From positions 1 through 24,194 of the forward strand of contig JACAFS010000010.1 of the NCBI GenBank assembly GCA_013378385.1: DNA of 24,194 nt, given 5' to 3'. Positions 7,632-15,493 of this stretch are shown piece after piece (position 1 is the first letter of the stretch; each line of letters opens with the position of its first letter). The position numbers were made by a program, and so were the translations under genes. The DNA is from Nitrososphaerota archaeon. GTDB lineage: Archaea; Thermoproteota; Nitrososphaeria; Nitrososphaerales; UBA57. Under the pieces are notes generated by a model. The model did not search any database, was not told the DNA's origin, and worked only from the letters and a program-made list of their open reading frames with translations.

Positions 7632-9365
7632 CTAAATCAAGTCCTCAACTTTATCTATAATCTGCTCGGGATAAAAAGGCTCTCCGTCATATTTAAAAAG
7701 AGTGTGATTAATTTGGAAGCCGGTTTCCATAGAGATCAATTTAGACAATTGGCCAGTATAATTTGCTTCTATAATAAGAGTGTCTTTACTATTAGAAAGA
7801 ATTTCCTTAATTTCTTTTTGTAAAGGAATCAAATATTTAATATGAAGATGATTGACGCTTTTAGAATTGTTTTGAAGAATTTGTATCGCCTCATGAACAA
7901 CATTATAAGTAGAACCCCAGCTAACAATTGTAAGATCGGCATCTGCAGGTCCTTCTAATTTTGCAGCCGGAAGTTGTTCCGCGATGAATTTCATTTTTCT
8001 CATACGTTTAAGCATAATTTTTGTACGTGTTTCGGAATCAGTGAATACATCGCTAATTATATTTCCATAATCATCATGTTCGTCACTAGAAGCTTGAAAC
8101 ACAGTACCAGAAGTACCAGGGAATGCGCGAGGAGACACCCCAGTATCGGTGTATTGGAATCGTCTATAAAGTTTATCAGAATCATTTGAAGTTACAATTT
8201 CTCCACGTTCAATAGTAGAATTAAAGTCAAGATCGCCTATTGATTCCATATGTTCAGACAGAAATAGATCAGAAAGAATAATAACAGGAATTTGGAACTG
8301 ATCGGCTAGATTAAATGCTTCAATTGTTGAATAAAAACAATCCTCAATAGTAGATGGTGCAATTATAACTTTAGGAAAATCACCTTGTGAAGCGCCAATA
8401 GCTTGAAACAAATCACCTTGTTCAGTTTTGGTAGGTAGACCCGTAGAAGGACCACCACGCATAGAATTAATAACTACAATAGGAGTTTCAGTTTGTCCTG
8501 CTAAACCGATAGCTTCTGTCATTAGTGCAAAACCGCCACCAGATGTTCCAACCATAGAACGAACGCCTGCAAAAGAAGAGCCAATTGCCATGTTAATGAC
8601 AGAGATTTCGTCTTCAGCTTGTTTAACAACCATACCGGACTTTTTAGATTGGGCAATTAGGTAATGCAAAATTGAAGAAGCCGGAGTCATAGGATATGCG
8701 CAATAGAATTTACAACCAGCAAGTATAGAACCAAATCCAAGTGCTTGATTTCCAGTAAGCACCGGTCGTTTTATATTATAATCAGGATTTAAATCGAAGT
8801 CGAAATCAGGGAGATTTGATTTGGAATATTCATAACCTGCTTCGATGACTTTAAGATTGACCTCCATGACTGATTGTTTCTTTTTGCCGAAATAATCACG
8901 AATAACGCCATTCATAACATCAACGTCAAGATCAAGTAGTTGAACAAGTGAACTAAGAGCGACAGTATTTTGGAGTATAGGATTTCGTCCTATATCTTTA
9001 AGAATCTCATTGACGGGTAATGGACAGAGAATTACACCTTTAGGTATTTTATCAGGATCAGGTTTAATTTTATCACTATTATACAAAACAGCCCCGCCAG
9101 AAACTACATCGACAATGTTACGTTGGAATTCCAATGGATTTAGAGCAATGAGGAAATCAACTTTATTTCCATGAGAAAGTATCTTATCTCTTCCTGCTCG
9201 AAGTTGAAGATATATGAACCCTCCACGAATGACTGATTGATAGCTGTTATAGGCAAGAAGATGTAATCCGCTCCGTGAACAGATTTTTGCAAATGATTCA
9301 CCAGTAGAAGCAATACCATCTCCTGCGGCACCTCCGACTCGTATAACAACTTCGTGTTTTGACAT
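7632..9365 (-). CDS. 2-oxoacid:ferredoxin oxidoreductase, alpha subunit (fused gamma+alpha domains, two-subunit archaeal type)
   Basis: 577 aa. It has an N-terminal gamma-domain motif VGGAAGDGIASTGE and an alpha-domain core AYPMTPASSI...GTSGGGFALMTEAIGLAG. It forms an operon with the beta subunit with a 0-nt spacer. Confidence 0.9.
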   Translation of the reverse strand: MSKHEVVIRVGGAAGDGIASTGESFAKICSRSGLHLLAYNSYQSVIRGGFIYLQLRAGRDKILSHGNKVDFLIALNPLEFQRNIVDVVSGGAVLYNSDKIKPDPDKIPKGVILCPLPVNEILKDIGRNPILQNTVALSSLVQLLDLDVDVMNGVIRDYFGKKKQSVMEVNLKVIEAGYEYSKSNLPDFDFDLNPDYNIKRPVLTGNQALGFGSILAGCKFYCAYPMTPASSILHYLIAQSKKSGMVVKQAEDEISVINMAIGSSFAGVRSMVGTSGGGFALMTEAIGLAGQTETPIVVINSMRGGPSTGLPTKTEQGDLFQAIGASQGDFPKVIIAPSTIEDCFYSTIEAFNLADQFQIPVIILSDLFLSEHMESIGDLDFNSTIERGEIVTSNDSDKLYRRFQYTDTGVSPRAFPGTSGTVFQASSDEHDDYGNIISDVFTDSETRTKIMLKRMRKMKFIAEQLPAAKLEGPADADLTIVSWGSTYNVVHEAIQILQNNSKSVNHLHIKYLIPLQKEIKEILSNSKDTLIIEANYTGQLSKLISMETGFQINHTLFKYDGEPFYPEQIIDKVEDLI

Positions 9366-9391
9366 ATCCTAAGATAATTGCAAGATGTATA

Positions 9392-9649
9392 TTATTTAAC
9401 CTTACGAATTAAAAATTTAAGTAATTTATCGTCTTTATTAAAGGAAAGCAATTCATTTTCTGACTTTTTTATCCATGATTTGATGTCTTCTTCAGCTACT
9501 GGGTCGTCTGCAAATACTTCGAGAATTTCGTCAATATTCATTTCTTTAATAGTTTGTCTTGTTCTAAAAACCGGTTCAGGGCAAAGTAGTCCCTGCATAT
9601 CAATAGTTTTATCAGGTTTAATAGAAGAATCTTCTTGCGACATAAACAA
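9392..9649 (-). CDS. TusA/SirA-family sulfur-carrier-like protein
   Basis: 85 aa with IDMQGLLCPEPV (the CPxP active-site motif) followed by ...LEVFADDPVAEEDIKSW, the TusA-type pattern. Confidence 0.8.
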   Translation of the reverse strand: MFMSQEDSSIKPDKTIDMQGLLCPEPVFRTRQTIKEMNIDEILEVFADDPVAEEDIKSWIKKSENELLSFNKDDKLLKFLIRKVK

Positions 9650-9724
9650 TTTCTCTCACTCTTCAATAAATAGTTATTTAGTGTTACATATATCATACAA
9701 GAAGACTAGGAAAAAGGATAGAAT

Positions 9725-11056
9725 TTGAGCTTTAGATTACCAAGAGGAATGAGAGACATAGAAGAAAACGAATATGCCAAAATTGAGAAGGTAAGAAATG
9801 CATTCAATGAGACATGTAGAATATTTGGTTTTAAAAGATTCATGCCATCCCCAATAGAGATGCTTTCAACTTTAGAAGCAAAGAGTGGACCGGGAATAAA
9901 AGAGGAAATCTATCATTTTAAAGACAAGAAAGAAAGGGATCTAGGTTTAAGATTTGATCTAACTGTAGGAATAACGCGTCATATAACGGGGAAAAAAGAT
10001 TTACGAAGACCATTTAGAGTAGGTACTTTTGGAGACATGTTCAGATATGATGAACCGCAAAAAGGGAGATATAGATGGTTCCACCAATGGAATGCAGAAA
10101 TTTATTATACTATAAAAGATAATCCAAGCAATCATGTTCTAGAACTGCTCAAGTTTTCAACATCATTATTTGATAAGATTGGAATAAAAAATTTTGAAAT
10201 AAGATTGGGACATAGAGAGGTAGCAGAAAGTTTTGTTAATGCATTATTATATGGTAAGTTAGAACAACCAGAGAGTAACAAACAACAAGAAGTAACTACA
10301 ATATTGAGATTACTAGACAAGATTGAGAAAAAAACAGAAAAACAAATAGTGGATGAAGCAATTGAACTTGGATTAAAAGAAGAGAAAGCAAAGACATTAG
10401 TGAAATTTGGAAAGATTAAATCTAGTAATATAAATACACTGAAACAAGAATATGTATCAGTATTACAAGAAATAGGAATGATAGATAGGGATATAGAAGA
10501 AACATCCGACGTGATTAAAAATTATTTCAAATTATTTGAATCAAAAATAAAGAATATAGAATTCGATTTGGGGTTAGTGAGAGGCATGGATTATTATGAT
10601 GGTTATGTGTTTGAGATCGTGGATTTAAACAATAAAGAAATTGGTTCTATAGCAGGAGGAGGTGAATATACTCGTTTGATTAAGAGTTTTTCAGGTCCTG
10701 ATAATTTGTCAGCAATAGGAATAGCAGGAGGTATAGAAAGAACAATGGAATCAATAGATGAGAATCAAGAAAAGACAAATAATCTGATATCGATAATATC
10801 ATTGTTAGAAGAAGGGGCAGAGGATTTAATCGATATATTACGTGACAGCAATATACCTACGACATATAGACAATTAGATAATGAGGATATTAAGAAAGGT
10901 CTGAAGTTTGCCGCAGTCAATAATGCAAATATTGCAATAATAATTGGAAAAAATGAACTTGCGGATGGAAAATATCGAGTTAAGGACATGAAAACAGGGA
11001 AAGAAGAACTTGTTAAGAAAGAAAGTGTCGTCGACTTCATTAAAGAATTAATATAA
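9725..11056 (+). CDS. hisS: Histidyl-tRNA synthetase (class IIa) with C-terminal anticodon-binding domain
   Basis: 443 aa. It has LPRGMRD, LRFDLTVGITR (archaeal/eukaryal HisRS type), motif 2 MFRYDEPQKGRYRWFHQ, the HisA motif VRGMDYYDG, and a C-terminal ...IAIIIGKNELADGKYRVKDMKTGKEE. A TTG start at 9725 is required to retain the conserved PRGMRD N-terminus. Confidence 0.85.
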   Translation: MSFRLPRGMRDIEENEYAKIEKVRNAFNETCRIFGFKRFMPSPIEMLSTLEAKSGPGIKEEIYHFKDKKERDLGLRFDLTVGITRHITGKKDLRRPFRVGTFGDMFRYDEPQKGRYRWFHQWNAEIYYTIKDNPSNHVLELLKFSTSLFDKIGIKNFEIRLGHREVAESFVNALLYGKLEQPESNKQQEVTTILRLLDKIEKKTEKQIVDEAIELGLKEEKAKTLVKFGKIKSSNINTLKQEYVSVLQEIGMIDRDIEETSDVIKNYFKLFESKIKNIEFDLGLVRGMDYYDGYVFEIVDLNNKEIGSIAGGGEYTRLIKSFSGPDNLSAIGIAGGIERTMESIDENQEKTNNLISIISLLEEGAEDLIDILRDSNIPTTYRQLDNEDIKKGLKFAAVNNANIAIIIGKNELADGKYRVKDMKTGKEELVKKESVVDFIKELI

Positions 11057-11077
11057 TTATAGTGTAGAAATATATCA

Positions 11078-14000
11078 ATGAGAAGTATCTTAATTTGTTG
11101 TTTAGCAGTTGTTATTACTTTATTTTTAATTCCGACTGCTTTTGCTGAAGATGTAGACGATAGCAATAATTTTGATATCAATATAAAGACAGTAGATAAT
11201 ACAGCGACAATTACAGAGATTGCAATTCCTAAGGGTAATAACAAAACAATTAGAATAGATTTACCCAAACAGAACTCTGCATTCAATGGAACTGTGACTC
11301 TTGAAATCGAGGGAAATCCTACTGGATTGAGTACTTCTTTTACTTCAACTTCAATAACCGGCTGGCAAGGAACTACTGGGAAAAATTCTACTTTAACTTT
11401 TGCACCACAACTTTCGGCAACGCCTGGCAGTTATCAGATAACAATCAAGGCAATAAATAGCAACAATGCAACAGATTATGCGCAAAGGACAATAACATTA
11501 TATATTTCAGATTTTGAAATTACAGCTTCGCCTTCGACTGTTTCGGTATTTCCAGGTGGACAAGCGGATGTAACTCTAACAGTAAGTTCAGTGTCTGATA
11601 CAAAATTTTCGGGCGATGTGCAATTATTATCTGCGTCTATGTCAGGAGCAACTATAACATACGTGGATGATGTCGTAAATGTTCCAGAGAACGGAGCGGC
11701 ATATGCAACGGTAAGGATAACAGCAGATAGCAATGCGCAATCAAATGGAGATGGAGTATCTGTTATTATTAAAGCAAAAATTGGTGATCGTGAACGTCCA
11801 GTGACGATAATTGTAAAGATAGAATCAAATCCATTGTCGTTAGGTTTAGCAGTTAGTCCCAATCCTGCAATTGTTTTTCAACCTACATTTATAACAGCTA
11901 CAATTACTGACGCATCTGGTAATCCAGTAAATGGAGCATCAGTAACATTCAATCGAATGGCTGGAAATGGAACGTTTGCGGATGGTGGAACATTTACAAC
12001 TCTCACAACAAGTTCGGATGGAAAGATTTCTGCGGCTTTTACTCCGAAAACAAAGGAAACTCTTTCAATTCGAGTCTCAGCAGAAAAGACCAATTATCTC
12101 TCTGGTGATGAGATAATACAGATAGCCGTAAAAGGTGGTTTTGTAATGTCTGTCACGCCTGCACAAGAGCAAATTAATGCAGGTGACTCAAAAGCAGTAA
12201 CATTAACGATTACATCTACAGATGGATTCAGTTCGCCAGTAGAACTGTCTTATGAGGATGTAATATCGGGATTTACAGTATCATTCTCAGAAGTTAGTCT
12301 CATACCTGAAGCAAATGGAGCATTATCTACTACAGTTACAATATTTGTTTCAGACAATGTTCAATCAGGTGATGCAATAATTGTAATAAAAGGAAGATCA
12401 GGTGGATTAACTGCAGATGTATCTGTAGGAATCAATGTCCCTAAAGCAGAATTTACTTTATCTATTAGTGAATCACAAAATGAGATCACTACTTGGCAAG
12501 GAGATATTGTAAAAATAGACATGGTATTAATATCCATAGGAGGTTTTGATGGTACTGTACAACTAAGTACCAATATAGATGACAAACCAAATATGGATAT
12601 TGAATTTTCACCAAGTTCTGTTTCATTGAGTAGTGGAGAATCAAAACAAGTTTCTTTGCTTATAACAACAACGTCAGCAACAGAACCTATAGATAGATTA
12701 CCGGTTATTATTACAGCAACGTCGTTAACTTCTGAAACTACAACAACAGCATGGTTACAGATATTAGAACTATTCGAGATTGTGATTGATTCAAACAGCA
12801 GAAATGATGGAAGCAGGATAGCAACAATAGTGATCGATGGTGTAATAACACAACCAGAACAACTTCCTATCACGAAATATTTGAAGGAAAATAGTGAATT
12901 AACTGTAAAAATTACACAAGACATTATTGATGAAACAGAAGGAACAAGGTATGTTTTTACGGGATGGAATGATCAAACGAATACTTTAGAAAAAACTATA
13001 GAAATTAATTCGCCATTAACGGTGATTGCAGAATTTGATAAACAACATTACATAAACATCAGGTCAACTCCATTAGGAAGCATGATTGGTTTACTAGACA
13101 TAGAAGGTTCAGGTTGGCATAAAGAGAATGCATTAATTGAATTGAATACTGACGATATACTAGTCGTAACAGAAGATGAATCTAGATATAGATTTGATAA
13201 ATGGAGTGGTTCAATTGAATCAAATGACAGGAATATAGAATTATTAGTTGATGGGCCAAAATTAATTTATGCAGATTACATTTTACAATATAGAATAATA
13301 AAAATAATTGAACCGTCTTTTATTGCAGATATAATAACAACATTTAATGAACAATGGATAGATAGTGGAACAGAACTGTTACTTGAAACAACAAAGAAAG
13401 CTGACGAATATGGATTCATGCAATGGACAATAACAGGAAGCAGTTTCGATATAACAAGGACTACTAATCCTACAACTATCACCGTTAATGAACCATTAAC
13501 TATTAGAATTCAGTACGATTTGCTTCCAATGGTGAATATTGAATCAGTAAGAATGGCAGATAATGGATTTGAAGGAGAAGGTTCACAGATATGGGTAGAA
13601 TTATTGAATACAGAACTAAGAGGAGGATATGTGATAATAAAAACTTCAACAAGCATTAATGGATTAATAATAGGACCTGATCAACAAGAAATATACCTTG
13701 CTCCAGGAGAGAGCAAGTTATTTGCAATTACTATGAATTATACTAAAGCCGGTAGTGGTTCAATAGACATTACATTAGAGAAAACCGGAAGTCAGGACAA
13801 TAAGTTTAAGAAAGAGTTTAAGATTTTCACTCTGAATGATAAAAGAGAAATAACAAATATAGGGATAGCATTAAGTTCGAAATATTTACAGCAAATTGAT
13901 CAGTGGATGATTCCAAATGAGAAAGTAAAGATTTGTTCATCAGAGATCTTAGAACAATCAAGAGTCGGAGAAGATGAATCAGAATTACAGAAGGCTAAAG

Positions 14001-15493
14001 TAATATTACAATTTGTATCAAATAAAATACAAATATCAACCGATGTTCCAATGAGTGCACCAATGATGATAGAAGATTTTGGAATAATTGGATGTATTAA
14101 TACTGAAGAAAAGATAAATGGTGATTCTAGAACTTATCAGATTCTAATGGGAAGTTTGTTAAGATCAATAGATGTAGAAGTAAGGCCGGTAATTGGAGTG
14201 ATGGGAATTTCTGGAGATAATAACCAAGCTAGTGCTTTAATAAATACATGGATTGAGGCAAAATTAGATGACCAATGGGTTGTCATTGATCCCATAAACA
14301 ATGTCATAGAGACTGAAATTGTAAGACCAATAAATGTAGAGGAAGGCAAATCCTATAGACAAAGATATTCAGATATTCCTGAAAACGGAGGAATATTGTC
14401 AGCCATGATTTATGATTGTATATCTATTTGTAATGTAGATGTATCGGACGAGTATAGAGGTACAGAATCGCCAACAAAACTTGGCTCAATCTTATTTGTA
14501 GATGGAGATGTTGAGATAGAAGTAAGGGATTCAAATGGGAATTTCATTGCAAATGGAACATTGAGCAATTTCAAATGGTTTGATAAAGATGTGCCTTTGA
14601 ACAATAATAGGCAAATTAAGTTAATTTTGTTATCTGAGGGTGTAGATTTAGAATACATAATAATGAGAATCAATGGAGAATTAGGAGAAGAATTTGAAAT
14701 CAATGGAATGCGAGTAATTAATTTTGAACCGCAAACAAAGTCAATTAAATCTGCATTAATTTCAAAGACTTCATCTGACTTTAAATTAGTAGCACTGGGA
14801 GAAGATTTCATAATTGCGGAATTCGACGTACTAGAGTTCGATAAGCAACAGATTGAATTTTTATCAACTTCGTCAGTAGTAGAACATTTAGAACAAAACA
14901 GATTAAATGCAATTCGTATAACAACAATTAGTCATTCAGATATTGATGAATTAATCATACTGAAATTTTCAGATGGGATACTTTCAGAGATGGAATCCAA
15001 ATCATCAAGTATTGTTGCGATCATTAATGGAATAGAATCTCCAGTAGAGATAATTGATGATGGAGTAGTAATAACAATCATAATAGATGACCTGCAGAAT
15101 CAAAATGAGAATGTAATAACATTATACTTCGCTTCGTATACTATGAATTTTGAGCTGAGAGACCCACTAAATCAGATAATTAGAAACGCGGATATAACCA
15201 TGATAGGGGAATTTATGAATAGGACACAAACAAGTAACGAAGGAATGTTTACTAGACTAATTCCAGGAAACTATGATTTTATTGTAGAATATCGAGGAGA
15301 ACAAGAAATTATTTCCAAGAGAATTACGAATGATGATGTAGATATAGAGATCAATCTTTATCGTTCAGACTCGATGGTAATATTCTTTATAGCAATTATA
15401 TTTACAGTGATTCTAGTTGTAGCATATAGTATAGAAAAAGCGTTTGCAAGAATTTTACCGGAATATATCAACAAGAATACTGATTCATTTTAA
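11078..15493 (+). CDS. Giant multi-domain cell-surface protein (signal peptide, Ig-like/CARDB-like repeats, Big_1-like domain, InlB-B-repeat-like modules, degenerate transglutaminase-like domain, CarboxypepD_reg-like domain, C-terminal TM anchor)
   Basis: 1471 aa. The signal peptide is MRSILICCLAVVITLFLIPTAFA|ED. Repeated about 100-aa beta-sandwich modules carry the recurring pattern F.I(S).P....(V/I)..G....V.L(T)(V/I).S. The Big_1-like segment reads ITATITDASGNPVNGASVTFN. RYVFTGWND and YRFDKWSG modules are present. The TGase-like core is described in a separate feature. The C-terminus reads LRDPLNQIIRNADITM...LIPGNYDFIVEY, followed by the TM helix MVIFFIAIIFTVILVVAYSI. Confidence 0.8.
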   Translation: MRSILICCLAVVITLFLIPTAFAEDVDDSNNFDINIKTVDNTATITEIAIPKGNNKTIRIDLPKQNSAFNGTVTLEIEGNPTGLSTSFTSTSITGWQGTTGKNSTLTFAPQLSATPGSYQITIKAINSNNATDYAQRTITLYISDFEITASPSTVSVFPGGQADVTLTVSSVSDTKFSGDVQLLSASMSGATITYVDDVVNVPENGAAYATVRITADSNAQSNGDGVSVIIKAKIGDRERPVTIIVKIESNPLSLGLAVSPNPAIVFQPTFITATITDASGNPVNGASVTFNRMAGNGTFADGGTFTTLTTSSDGKISAAFTPKTKETLSIRVSAEKTNYLSGDEIIQIAVKGGFVMSVTPAQEQINAGDSKAVTLTITSTDGFSSPVELSYEDVISGFTVSFSEVSLIPEANGALSTTVTIFVSDNVQSGDAIIVIKGRSGGLTADVSVGINVPKAEFTLSISESQNEITTWQGDIVKIDMVLISIGGFDGTVQLSTNIDDKPNMDIEFSPSSVSLSSGESKQVSLLITTTSATEPIDRLPVIITATSLTSETTTTAWLQILELFEIVIDSNSRNDGSRIATIVIDGVITQPEQLPITKYLKENSELTVKITQDIIDETEGTRYVFTGWNDQTNTLEKTIEINSPLTVIAEFDKQHYINIRSTPLGSMIGLLDIEGSGWHKENALIELNTDDILVVTEDESRYRFDKWSGSIESNDRNIELLVDGPKLIYADYILQYRIIKIIEPSFIADIITTFNEQWIDSGTELLLETTKKADEYGFMQWTITGSSFDITRTTNPTTITVNEPLTIRIQYDLLPMVNIESVRMADNGFEGEGSQIWVELLNTELRGGYVIIKTSTSINGLIIGPDQQEIYLAPGESKLFAITMNYTKAGSGSIDITLEKTGSQDNKFKKEFKIFTLNDKREITNIGIALSSKYLQQIDQWMIPNEKVKICSSEILEQSRVGEDESELQKAKVILQFVSNKIQISTDVPMSAPMMIEDFGIIGCINTEEKINGDSRTYQILMGSLLRSIDVEVRPVIGVMGISGDNNQASALINTWIEAKLDDQWVVIDPINNVIETEIVRPINVEEGKSYRQRYSDIPENGGILSAMIYDCISICNVDVSDEYRGTESPTKLGSILFVDGDVEIEVRDSNGNFIANGTLSNFKWFDKDVPLNNNRQIKLILLSEGVDLEYIIMRINGELGEEFEINGMRVINFEPQTKSIKSALISKTSSDFKLVALGEDFIIAEFDVLEFDKQQIEFLSTSSVVEHLEQNRLNAIRITTISHSDIDELIILKFSDGILSEMESKSSSIVAIINGIESPVEIIDDGVVITIIIDDLQNQNENVITLYFASYTMNFELRDPLNQIIRNADITMIGEFMNRTQTSNEGMFTRLIPGNYDFIVEYRGEQEIISKRITNDDVDIEINLYRSDSMVIFFIAIIFTVILVVAYSIEKAFARILPEYINKNTDSF
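14120..14290 (+). other. Transglutaminase-like (papain-fold) core domain with all-but-Asp of the Cys-His-Asp triad substituted
   Basis: GDSRTYQILMGSLLRSIDVEVRPVIGV aligns to the TGase-core consensus G.C..FA.L...LLRA.GIPAR.V.GY, with Ser in place of the catalytic Cys. NTWIEAKLDDQWVVIDP aligns to HAW.EVY..G.GW..FDP, with Asn in place of His and the Asp retained. The spacing is S-39-N-15-D. Confidence 0.6.

Noticed and set aside
9378-9728. 116-aa plus-strand ORF overlapping the TusA-like gene
   Set aside because: The opposite strand encodes the CPxP TusA motif with the correct domain length. The plus-strand ORF has no recognisable features and would run into the hisS start.
9725-11056. The HisRS homolog being a HisZ-type regulatory paralog because of unusual residues
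   Set aside because: It retains the invariant motif-2 Arg, the RGMDYY HisA motif and a full C-terminal anticodon-binding domain, which HisZ lacks.
10765-11286. 173-aa minus-strand ORF spanning the hisS 3' end and the surface-protein 5' end
   Set aside because: It is a shadow ORF antisense to two well-supported genes. Its hydrophobic, low-complexity composition (I/L/S/F-rich) is what antisense reading of Lys/Glu/Asn-rich AT-rich coding DNA produces.
11500-12800. Possible nucleotide-level tandem repeats underlying the repeated Ig-like modules of the surface protein
   Set aside because: The repeats are visible only as a loose protein pattern. I could not find extended identical DNA segments, so they are ancient domain duplications rather than a DNA repeat array or CRISPR-like structure.
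11476-14811. Several 70-187-aa minus-strand ORFs (11476-11862, 11878-12093, 12361-12924, 13276-13482, 14137-14349, 14410-14811) inside the surface-protein gene
   Set aside because: All are antisense to a continuous 4.4-kb ORF with recognisable domains. They have no motifs and show typical shadow-ORF composition.
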